Notes under the pieces: model-generated
What the model was told of the DNA's origin: nothing
Seen by the model: the letters and a program-made list of their open reading frames with translations, nothing else
Database searches by the model: none
Assembly (NCBI GenBank): GCA_964478715.1
Contig: CAYZIY010000003.1
Location: forward strand, 6,669-70,668
DNA length: 64,000 bases
Direction of reading: 5' to 3'
Source: an uncultured Planctomycetales bacterium
GTDB taxonomy: Bacteria > Omnitrophota > Gorgyraeia > Zapsychrales > JBDRMG01
Position numbers and translations under genes: made by a program
Part shown: one piece after another, positions 46,521-55,900 of the stretch
Position numbering within the stretch: the first letter of the stretch is position 1
How the letters are laid out: every line of letters starts with the position of its first letter

Positions 46521-47690
46521 ATGTTTTCCAACCGAACAAACTGGCCGCATAGTTCCAATCAACTGATCAGTCTTTTTGAGGATTACCAAAAGCAGGGCAT
46601 GGATATCGTCAATCTGACGGAATCCAATCCTTTGTGTTGCGAGTTTCGCCTGCCTTTTCAAGAGCTGTTGCGGTTTTTTGATAATCATAACAATTTTTCC
46701 TATTCTCCTGCTGCTCATGGTCAACTGAATGCCTGTCAGGCTGTTTGCAGGTATTATCAGAAAAAAGGAATCAAGATTAATCCGGAAAACATTTTTTTGA
46801 CGGCCAGCACATCCGAATCCTACGGAGCTCTTTTTCGCCTGTTGTGTAATCCCGGTGACCGAGCTTTGATCGCAAAACCGGGTTATCCACTTTTTGAATG
46901 CTTAAGTCGAATTCATGATGTTGGGCTGGATTATTACGGTCTTGAATTTAAAAATGCATGGCGGATTGATTTTTCAGAACTTGAGAATTCCATTGACGAT
47001 CGTTTAAAGATGCTGATTGTTGTTAATCCCAATAATCCAACGGGTTCTTTCTTAACGGCCTCAGAAGTTGTTCGGCTTTCAGAGATTGCCCGTTATAATA
47101 ATGTGGCCTTAATTTGCGATGAGGTTTTTCTAGACTATGCTTATGATGATAGTTTTCAAACTCTCAGCCTGGCTTCCAATGTCGAATGTCTCACATTTAC
47201 CTTAAGTGGTATATCGAAATGTTTAGCCATGCCGCAAATGAAATGTGGATGGATGATTCTCTCGGGTCCCAAAGAACGTGCTGCCGAGGCGAAGCGCCGG
47301 CTGGAGATCATTCTTGACAGTACCCTTTCGATAGGAACGCCGGTTCAAAATGCTTTGGACGGTTGGTTTGGATTCATGCAAGATATCCAAAAAGAAATCA
47401 GGACAAGGCTCAAAGATAATCTTGAATTTCTGAAGCAGTCTTTAGAGGGTTCCGGATGCCGGTCTTTAAACGGAAAAGGAGGTTGGTATGCGGTCATTCG
47501 TCTGCCGGATACGGTTGACGAAGATAAACTTTGCCTTAAATTGCTTACAGCAGACGGCGTGTTTATGTATCCCGGTTATTTCTTTGACTGCGAAGGGTTT
47601 CAAGCAGTTATTGTTAGTTTGTTGTGTCCTATCGCTAATTTTCAGCGGGGAATCAGGGCTTTGATTCACCAGGTCAATGGCCATCTTTAG
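46521..47690 (+). CDS. class I/II PLP-dependent aminotransferase
   Basis: DIVNLTESNP..., LTASTSESYGALFRLLCNPGD, PNNPTG, DEVFLDYAY, and K in LSGISKCLAMP. Start uncertain (46458-46599). Confidence 0.7.
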   Translation: MFSNRTNWPHSSNQLISLFEDYQKQGMDIVNLTESNPLCCEFRLPFQELLRFFDNHNNFSYSPAAHGQLNACQAVCRYYQKKGIKINPENIFLTASTSESYGALFRLLCNPGDRALIAKPGYPLFECLSRIHDVGLDYYGLEFKNAWRIDFSELENSIDDRLKMLIVVNPNNPTGSFLTASEVVRLSEIARYNNVALICDEVFLDYAYDDSFQTLSLASNVECLTFTLSGISKCLAMPQMKCGWMILSGPKERAAEAKRRLEIILDSTLSIGTPVQNALDGWFGFMQDIQKEIRTRLKDNLEFLKQSLEGSGCRSLNGKGGWYAVIRLPDTVDEDKLCLKLLTADGVFMYPGYFFDCEGFQAVIVSLLCPIANFQRGIRALIHQVNGHL

Positions 47691-47752
47691 GGCTTTAAAA
47701 AGATGACGGATTTTGGTATGATGAGTTCACTAAAAATAAAGGAGTTTGCGTT

Positions 47753-48229
47753 ATGGGACAGAGACCCAGTTGGGATGAATATTTTCTAAAATTAGCCATG
47801 CTGGTCTCGGAGAGATCGACCTGCCCGCGGATGCATTGCGGATGTGTTTTAGTTAAGGGAAAGCATTTGATCGCTACCGGATATAACGGTTCCATACCCG
47901 GAGATGCCCATTGTAATGATACCGGGTGCATGATTGTGGATAATCACTGCGTGAGGACTGTTCATGCGGAGATGAATGCCTTGGTCCAGGCCGCAAAATA
48001 CGGAAACAGCGTCGATGGGGCAACGGCTTATGTGACCAATATGCCTTGTACGGCTTGTGCCAAGGCTATTATTTCCGCCGGTATTACGCGTGTTGTCATT
48101 TTCTCTGATTTCCATGATACATTAGCGACTGATTTTTTTAAAAAGGCCGGTATTCAGATAGATAAAGTGGCGATGCCAAAGACAGAGATCGATTATCATC
48201 TGGACCAATACTCGTCTGCTCGCCAGTAG
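47753..48229 (+). CDS. dCMP deaminase (ComEB-type cytidine/deoxycytidylate deaminase)
   Basis: HAEMNAL...PCTACAKAII zinc-binding motifs. 158 aa. Confidence 0.8.
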   Translation: MGQRPSWDEYFLKLAMLVSERSTCPRMHCGCVLVKGKHLIATGYNGSIPGDAHCNDTGCMIVDNHCVRTVHAEMNALVQAAKYGNSVDGATAYVTNMPCTACAKAIISAGITRVVIFSDFHDTLATDFFKKAGIQIDKVAMPKTEIDYHLDQYSSARQ

Positions 48230-48253
48230 AACTTAGGTTGTACTTCAAAGGAT

Positions 48254-49396
48254 TTGATGGATATTCAAACAAAAGCCGTTCACGGTTTTCAAAAGAAAGA
48301 TGCGGATTATCGACCGGTTGTCTCCCCGATTTATTCTAGCGCTTCTTTTTGTTTCGAAAGTATTCAAAAGAAACCGCTTTATGATTATTCCCGCTTAAAT
48401 AATCCGACGCGACAGGATCTGGAAGAAAATATAGCTGCCTTGGAAAGCGGTCACTGCGCTATTGCAACGGGCAGCGGTATGGCCGCTATTACAACTGTTC
48501 TTTTTCTCTGTCGGCCAAAAGATCATGTGATCGCCAATAGGGATCTTTACAGCGGAACGCGCTTTCTTTTTCAGGATGTTTTTACCAAGATGGGAATCGA
48601 ATATTCTTTTGTTGATTGTCGGGAAAGCGAGCAAGTCAAGCAGGCGATAAGACCGAATACAAAGATGATCTGGATGGAAACACCCTCCAATCCGCTTCTT
48701 CATGTCCTCGATATTCCTGAGACGGTTGCACTGGCCAAAGAAAATAACATCTTGACGGTTGTCGATAATACGTTTCTTTCTCCTTATTTTCAAAGGCCCT
48801 TTGAATTCGGAGCTGATCTGGTAGTTCATTCCAGCACCAAGTATTTAAATGGACACCAAGATATTATCGGTGGAGTTATTGTCTTGCGCGAAAAGCAATG
48901 GGAAAAATCCTTGAAATCATTAGCCGTTAATTTGGGGGTGACCCAGTCTCCTTATGAAGCCTGGCTGACGCATCGAGGACTAAAAACCTTGGGGCCGCGT
49001 ATGGAGATGCACCAGCGAAACGGTTTGCATATTTCTAACTTTCTTAAAAACCAACCTTTAGTAAAAAATATCCGTTATCCGGGATTGAATACGCATCCTC
49101 AGTTCGAATTGATTAAAAAGCAAATGAAAGGCTTCGGCGGAGTGATCACCTTTGATCTGGAGACGGAAAAACTTCCGCTGGAGAAGTTTTTCTCACGGTT
49201 AAAAATATTTAAACTGGCCGAATCTTTGGGGGGAGTCCAGTCTTTGATTGAAGCGCCTTATTATATGAGCCATTCCTGTCTCGGAGAAGAGCACTTGAAA
49301 AAGACGGAAATCAAGCCGCAAACAGTTAGAATTGCCGCTGGCATTGAGACACCCAAAGATTTGATAGAAGATTTAAAGAACGCCTTGGAAGTATAG
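48254..49396 (+). CDS. Cys/Met-metabolism PLP enzyme (cystathionine gamma-synthase / beta-lyase / methionine gamma-lyase family)
   Basis: SSTKYLNGHQDIIGGVIV (PLP lysine). ESLGGVQSLIEAP. ~380 aa. Confidence 0.8.
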   Translation: MMDIQTKAVHGFQKKDADYRPVVSPIYSSASFCFESIQKKPLYDYSRLNNPTRQDLEENIAALESGHCAIATGSGMAAITTVLFLCRPKDHVIANRDLYSGTRFLFQDVFTKMGIEYSFVDCRESEQVKQAIRPNTKMIWMETPSNPLLHVLDIPETVALAKENNILTVVDNTFLSPYFQRPFEFGADLVVHSSTKYLNGHQDIIGGVIVLREKQWEKSLKSLAVNLGVTQSPYEAWLTHRGLKTLGPRMEMHQRNGLHISNFLKNQPLVKNIRYPGLNTHPQFELIKKQMKGFGGVITFDLETEKLPLEKFFSRLKIFKLAESLGGVQSLIEAPYYMSHSCLGEEHLKKTEIKPQTVRIAAGIETPKDLIEDLKNALEV

Positions 49397-49432
49397 AGTT
49401 AGCTTAATATTCATGAAGAGACAGGCGGGCCA

Positions 49433-50209
49433 TTGGTGGTTTATAGCAAGATGAAATATCTTAGTGCATTCTTTCTTTACTTCGCTTTCTTTTGGTTGAT
49501 GGGTGCGGGGTCCATAGAGCTTTCCGATATTGAAACGGCTTTGATTCAGGAAAGATATCAGGAAGCCGAGAATATGGTCCAGAGTTTTATTGATAGCTAT
49601 CCGCTTCAAGACGAATATCAGCAGGCTCTTTATTATTTGGGATTGATTCGCTTGCGCCAGGGGCAATATCCGAAGGCTCGCGAGACGTTTCGAATTTGCC
49701 TGCAAGACACATTTCGAAGGCCTATTTATGATAAAGCATATATTGGTCTGATTGATTCGTATTATCTCGAAGGGAATTTCAAAGAAGGCCTGAAATTGGC
49801 TGAGGAGCTCTATGAACATAAACCCGATAGCGAGATTTTAAGTCTTGTTTATCTGAAGATAGCTCGTGGGAACCTTAAACTCTCTCGATGGAAAAAGGCC
49901 CGGCAATATTTGCGCAAGATTATTAATAAATATCCGGAAAGTCTTGAGGCGCATTTGGCCGAACAGCTAATGGATGAAGAGAAGTACTTTGCCGTCCAAG
50001 TCGGATCTTTTTTGGATCGCGAAAGGGCGGAAAGATTGCTTGCGGAGCTTAGATCCAAAGGGCAATATGCCTATATTGTCGAGACAACGGATCCTGAAGA
50101 AAAAACTTTTTATCGCGTCAGAGTCGGCGAGATGACGGATTTACAGCAAGCTAATCGACTTAAAGAAAGATTAAACAGTTTCGGTTATCCTACCCGTATC
50201 TATCCCTGA
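49433..50209 (+). CDS. TPR-like + SPOR-domain protein (septal peptidoglycan binding)
   Basis: Signal peptide. TPR-like helices. C-terminal YFAVQVGSFLDRERAERLLAELRSKGQYAYIVET...FYRVRVGEMTDLQQANRLKERL matches the SPOR domain. Confidence 0.6.
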   Translation: MVVYSKMKYLSAFFLYFAFFWLMGAGSIELSDIETALIQERYQEAENMVQSFIDSYPLQDEYQQALYYLGLIRLRQGQYPKARETFRICLQDTFRRPIYDKAYIGLIDSYYLEGNFKEGLKLAEELYEHKPDSEILSLVYLKIARGNLKLSRWKKARQYLRKIINKYPESLEAHLAEQLMDEEKYFAVQVGSFLDRERAERLLAELRSKGQYAYIVETTDPEEKTFYRVRVGEMTDLQQANRLKERLNSFGYPTRIYP

Positions 50210-51135
50210 TGAATTCCAAAACAATCATTTTTATCGTTGGCCCGACGGCCGTGGGCAAGTCCGATGTGGCTTATCTCTTGGCCAAAAAAATTGATGCAGA
50301 GATTATTTCCTGCGATTCAATGCAGGTATATAAGAATATTCACATCGCTAGCAATAAGCCGTCTCCAGTTGTGCTCAAAAAGATTCCGCATCACTGTCTG
50401 GATCTTATCGATATTTCCAAAGAATTCAATGTCGCAGACTTTTATAAAAGAGCTAATCGCGCTGTGAGGGGTATTCATCGAAAGGGAAAATCGGTTATTG
50501 TTTGCGGTGGTAGCGGGCTATATATGGCCATTCTTCTCGATGGGATTTTTAGCGCAGGCGCTTTTAGCAAGCGCGTTCGACAAAAACTCCTCAAACAGGT
50601 CAAAGAGAAATCAGGGCGGTCTCTGTTTGATCAATTGAAGAAGAGGGATCCGCAAGCGGCCCAGAATATTCATCCGAATGATGCAAAAAAGATTGTTCGC
50701 GCCCTGGAAGTCTGCCTGGTTGCGGATCAGCCCTTTTCAAGGATAAAGAAAAAAAGGGAAGGGCTTTGGGGAAAATATTCGGTTCGGATATTTTGCCTTT
50801 CGAAAAATCGGCCAGAGCTTTATCAATGCATTAATCAAAGAGTTGATCATATGTTTAAAAAGCAGTTGGTGAAAGAAATCAAAAATCTACATGAAGAAAA
50901 ATGGAGCCAAACCGCACAGGCATTGATCGGAGTCAAGGAGATCAGAGATTATCTTAACGGGAAATGCTGCTTGGATGAGGCCAAGAGATTGATTCAAAGA
51001 AATACCAGACGGCTGGCGAAAAGGCAGTTGACCTGGTTTCGCAAAGATAAGCGATTAGAATGGATAGATGTCGATTCTTTGACCCCTGCGCGTGTGGCCG
51101 AAGAGATTACTCGACGATTGGAGAAAGAGCAGTGA
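50209..51135 (+). CDS. miaA: tRNA dimethylallyltransferase
   Basis: IFIVGPTAVGKSDVAYLLAKKIDAEIISCDSMQVYK (P-loop then DSMQVY). Confidence 0.85.
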   Translation: MNSKTIIFIVGPTAVGKSDVAYLLAKKIDAEIISCDSMQVYKNIHIASNKPSPVVLKKIPHHCLDLIDISKEFNVADFYKRANRAVRGIHRKGKSVIVCGGSGLYMAILLDGIFSAGAFSKRVRQKLLKQVKEKSGRSLFDQLKKRDPQAAQNIHPNDAKKIVRALEVCLVADQPFSRIKKKREGLWGKYSVRIFCLSKNRPELYQCINQRVDHMFKKQLVKEIKNLHEEKWSQTAQALIGVKEIRDYLNGKCCLDEAKRLIQRNTRRLAKRQLTWFRKDKRLEWIDVDSLTPARVAEEITRRLEKEQ

Positions 51136-52367
51136 GCGAAAGAATTTGTATCGTCACAATTGATTTTAACAGGCGCAATGACTGGTTGCCTGAAGATATC
51201 GCCGATGAATTAAAAGAGCTCGTTTCCTCTTGCGGTGGTAGACCAGCGCATTCATTAATCTGCCGCTGCCCCAAGCCGACCCCGGATTTATTGCTCGGAA
51301 GCGGAAAGGTTAAAGAGATTAAAGAGTGCTGTGTAGAACACAATATTGATACGGTTATTTTCAGTGTGGATCTTAAAGGCAATCAGCAGCGGAATTTAGA
51401 AGAGATCCTTGGTGTTAAAACGATTGACCGTACGCAGTTGATCCTGGATATTTTTGCCAAGCGGGCCAAAAGTCAAGAGGGCCGCGTGCAGGTCGAGCTC
51501 GCCCAGCTTCAATATTTGAGGCCTCGATTGGTTGGGAAGGGGGTTGAGCTCTCTCGACTGGGCGGTGGCATCGGGACATTAGGGCCTGGTGAAACCAAAC
51601 TCGAGACAGATCGACGACGTATTGAAACACGCATTGCCAAATTAAAGAAAGAACTCAAAGAAATCAGCCAAAACAGACATTTGAGAAGAAAAAAGAGAAT
51701 AAAAAAACAGATTCCTACGGTAGCTTTGGTTGGCTATACCAATGCAGGGAAATCTACTTTGCTTAATACGCTGACGGAATCCAAGCAGATGACGCGAAAT
51801 GGACTTTTCACCACTCTGGATCCCATCACGCGGCAGCTGACCCTTTCGAATCATCAAACGATCGTTTTATCCGATACCGTCGGATTCATGGTTAATTTAC
51901 CGCATCATTTGATCGAGGCTTTTAAGGCCACTCTGGAAGAGGTTATTGAGGCGGATCTTCTGTTGCATGTTCTGGATGTGAGCCATCCAAAGTTTAGACT
52001 GCTTCACGATGCCGTGATCCAGGTCCTGCGGGATCTGGACGCCTCCGATAAAACCATGTTGACGGTTTTTAATAAAATTGATCTTTTGCAAGACCGAAAG
52101 TGGCTTTGTGATCTTGAAAAGAATTATGATCATGCGGTCGCCGTTTCAGCCTTGAAGAAAGAAAATATCGATCAATGTAATGAAAAGATATCCAGTCTTT
52201 TACGTAAGACCATGATCGAAATCGATGTGACACTTCCTCTTCATCGGATGGATCTTGTTCATCGTCTTCACCAGGAAGGTGAGATTCACTTGATTGAGTA
52301 TAAGGCCGATTCTATTCACATTTGTGCCGTTGTTCCTATCCACATTGCCCATCAATACAACGCTTAA
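51134..52367 (+). CDS. hflX: GTPase HflX
   Basis: GTG start overlapping the miaA stop (GTGA). HflX N-domain. G1 GYTNAGKST, G3 DTVGF, NKID. Confidence 0.85.
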
Positions 52368-52483
52368 AAGACAAATCGAAAGTCAGCGAAATATTATTCT
52401 ACATTTTCTGGGAAAAATATATCGGGTTGTTAACCATACTTGCACGACGAGAAATTGATCAAAAAGAAAAACTTAAAAGAAAG

Positions 52484-52510
52484 CGTTTTCGCAAAAACGG
52501 CATTTTCTTT
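52484..52510 (+). terminator. weak rho-independent terminator downstream of hflX
   Basis: CGTTTT-CGCA-AAAACG hairpin followed by GCATTTTCTTT. Confidence 0.45.
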
Positions 52511-52538
52511 AGTTATTCCTGCGGAAGGACAATATATA

Positions 52539-52567
52539 TTGCATACTTTAATTAGAAGACAATTATA
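52539..52567 (+). promoter_or_regulatory. putative promoter driving the riboswitch leader and giant-adhesin operon
   Basis: TTGCAT (52539-44), a 17-nt spacer, then ATTATA/TTATAG (52562-68). Confidence 0.35.
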
Positions 52568-52619
52568 GCGTTTTGCCGATAAACCCGTAAAGTCGGGCCC
52601 GGCGGAGCCAAAGACGAAA

Positions 52620-52770
52620 GAGCTTTGGCGAAGACGGGGGCTAAACCATCGCAAGATGGCGACGCAAAGTTAAGGGTCCTTGCATTTTCAAGGATAGCCT
52701 AACTGCCGAAACAAAGACAGCTAGACTAAATGAACCTATTCCTTGGTGCAGGAATAGGTTTTTTACTTTA
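52620..52770 (+). promoter_or_regulatory. candidate c-di-GMP-I (GEMM) riboswitch with an intrinsic-terminator expression platform
   Basis: GGGGGCUAAACC, then hairpin CCAUC-GCAA-GAUGG (GNRA loop), then CGACGCAAAG, then a second hairpin GGUCCUUG-CAUUUUC-CAAGGAU, then AGCC. This parallels the Vibrio Vc2 aptamer ...GGGCAAACCAUUCGAAAGAGUGGGACGCAAAGCC... Followed by terminator CCTATTCC-TTGGTGCA-GGAATAGG TTTTTT (52735-52764). Confidence 0.5.
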
Positions 52771-52789
52771 AATACCCAACGGAGACAAA

Positions 52790-52987
52790 ATGGATAGTTT
52801 TGTTATGACTGAAGAACAAATTCATGAATGGGTTAATCGGATGCAAATAAATAAAAGAAAGCCTTTTCTTCATGATAAGGATTTTCAAATAAAAGCTTGG
52901 CAGATTCATCAAAATTATTGCATGTTTGAAAGGAAGGCAGGGGTTTTGAAAATAACCCCTGTTTTTTTATGTGGGAGGCAAACATGA
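52790..52987 (+). CDS. small ORF (65 aa) translationally coupled (ATGA) to the giant adhesin gene
   Basis: GGAGA ribosome-binding site 5 nt upstream. Stop TGA 52985-87 overlaps ATG 52984 of the giant ORF. No recognisable motif. Confidence 0.3.
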   Translation: MDSFVMTEEQIHEWVNRMQINKRKPFLHDKDFQIKAWQIHQNYCMFERKAGVLKITPVFLCGRQT

Positions 52988-55900
52988 AAAAAACATTTCC
53001 CTATCTTTTGGCATTCTTAATGGCTTTATGGAGTCCAGCTAAGGGCTTCTCATTGGAAATCACCCATGTTTCCGGTTGTGCTGAGGTCGATACAGATTAT
53101 CAATGTGTTGAAATCGCCAGTTGTCAAGATCTTACTCAATCTAACACATATTATTTGCTGGCGGACGATATTGTTACCGGTGGAACGTGTTTTACCAATC
53201 ACGTCAGCAATATTCACTTGGATCTTAACAGCTATACCGTCAGTTATGCTCAGACGGAACCGGGACATGCCTTTTATGAACAATGGTCTAATCGGGATAA
53301 TGTTACGATTGAAAATGGCTTCATGATTGGCGGCTATCAGAACAATAGTCACGCTCTTTATTGGGTTACAGACGGATCAGACAACCTTGTCATTCGCAAT
53401 TTGAGCTTAAGCGTTGCCGGGGTCGAGACAAGCGGTATTAAAATCGGTACGGGCAATAATCTTGAGATTCATCATGTGAATATTGAAATGGATTCAGATA
53501 AAGCCGATCCATGCTCTCATTATGGAGAACCGATCGCTGGCATAAGCCTCGCTCATCGTGGAGGCGATATTGATATTCACCATAACTTTGTGACTGGAAC
53601 CGGAATGACTGGAATTGTCACTTCCAGCTGCGGGACCTATACCGAACCTCTAGAAATTCACAACAACTATATTAGTACATGGAGTCCGGTCAGGGACGGT
53701 TATGCTATTGGGATTTCGGGTACTAATAATAGCTGCTCGGACGGAACATTGATTTACGATAATACGATCAATCAACAAAACGGCCGAGGGATTATTGTTG
53801 ATGGATGGACCGGCAATGAATCTTACGGACCGGGAAATATCGAAATGTACGGCAATCATATTACGGTCAAAGAAGGGTGGGACTGCGAATATGATCGACC
53901 AGGTACAGCCGCAGGCATCCGACTAAGGTTTGGTGCTCATGATGTCTATGCGCACGACAATGAGATTTACGGTTTGGCCGGCACAGGTGTAGCTGTGGGA
54001 TCAGAGCCAGGTAAAGATGGAGCCACCGCCATTGGAATTTATTCGGGAAGCAGTCTTCCTTACGGGCTCAATAATCGATTTGAGAATAATTATGTGGAGG
54101 TTTCCACCAATGATGCCCGTTATCCGGCTATTGGCCTTTATGTCGCCGGAGGAGATCAAAATACCTCAGCGGCTTTTTCCCAGTTTTTAAACAATACTAT
54201 CGTTAGTAATAACAAACCGATCAGGATTGGATATAGCGATGGAGGAGGGTCTCAGGCCGATTTTGACTCCAACACCATTGTTCGTGGAGATAATCCCTTA
54301 GATTTTCATACCTACACGGTTGGATACTGGATTTTCGGTGCGCATCATATCGATTTTCTTGATTCGATCGTTGAAGGAGGCGCTAGCGCTCAGGATATTG
54401 TTTTTGACAGCGCCTGCGAAGGATCGTGCGCGAATTATGAAAATATCACCTTATCCTGGACTCTAAATTTGCAAGTTGAAAATAGTGGTGCCAATAGGAT
54501 TGAGGGAGCCAGTGTGCAAATCACAGATTCTGATAACCAAATAGTGGCTCAAGGTCAGACGGACGCACAGGGTCTGTTTAGTCAGACTCTAGTTGAGAAA
54601 AGCTTTGAGGGTATTCTTCAACCCGATGAGTTTATTCATACGCCTCATGAAATTCAAATTGAAAAAGCCGGTTATCAGACATATTCAGATTCGCTTGTCA
54701 TGGATTCAACAAAAACAGTGATTGTCAATCTTCAGGAAGGAAGTTCGAATCAGGCGCCCATTCTTGAACCTCTTACGGAATGGTCTGTCTTTACTGGTGA
54801 GAGTATTGAAATACTTGTCTCGGCTATAGATCCTGATAATGATCCTATAGAGCTTAGCGCTTCAACACTTCCTAGCGGAGCCCAATTCTTAGATTATGCA
54901 AACGGGACTGGAATTTTTAGCTGGATTCCTTCCGTGGATGGACTTTATTCGATCAGCTTCACAGCATCCGACGGTTATCTAAGTGATATAGAAACGTTAC
55001 AGATTGCCGTTCTTGCAGGCGCACCAGAAGGCAATCAGGCTCCCGTCTTATCTGAAATCAGCGATCAAACGGGGTACCCTTTTGAGCTTTTGACGTTTGA
55101 GGTGACAGCTACCGACTCTGATGATGATCTCTTAACTTATTGGGCCGAGAATCTTCCCAATGGAGCCGATTTTATGGATCAGACATTCATCTGGTTTCCC
55201 GATGATACTCAATTAGGTACTCACACAATAACGTTTTTTGTCAGCGATGGGGAATATACAGATTCCCAAGATGTAACAGTGACCATTCAAGACAGCGCCG
55301 GATGCGTTTATCCTCAGACGTATCCGCATCCCGACGGCTCATGCCGTGTGTTGCCGCATATTAATGTGGCCGGGGTATCTTATAGCAATCCTGATACAGA
55401 CCAAGAATATGACTGGCGAGTAGAGCATTATGATCTTCTCCTTTTTACTTTTGGGTCCTATGTTCTCGATGAATTTATTGGCGTTAAAGAAAGGTCGCCA
55501 GGATTGGTTTCTCTTAGATATGACAATATGCATTCTCACATCATGTATCACGATAGAAAAATGAATGCACTGGATGATTGGATTGAGAATCACCCAGAAT
55601 ATGGAGTTTTTGAAGATTATTTTCTTCATTATAAATATGATTGTATTCAAGCTGGAATTGAAAGAAAAGGCTGGAATCCCGATGAGGATTTGAATGTCAA
55701 TCACATTAGAGATGGTTATGAAGCAAACCCACAAACAGATCCTATTGATCCAAACCGCAGCGCTGACTTCAAGCATGAAAGCAGAATAATGACCAGATAT
55801 AACCGGACAGATCGTGTTTTTGCTAATGTGGGGCATGCTGGCTATCAAGCTTTTAATGCGCAATTTTCTTATGATGAAGTTCATACAGCCGATGTTCCAA

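Noticed and set aside
52570-52770. Structured RNA after hflX considered as 6S RNA, tmRNA, SRP RNA or RNase P RNA
   Set aside because: There is no long closing helix with a central bubble (6S). There is no tRNA-like end or tag ORF (tmRNA). There is no GGUGCUGUUUACCAGGUCAGGUCCGGAAGGAAGCAGCC-type domain IV (SRP). It is too short and lacks the P4 consensus (RNase P). The GCAAACC/GNRA-hairpin/ACGCAAAG arrangement fits a GEMM riboswitch better.
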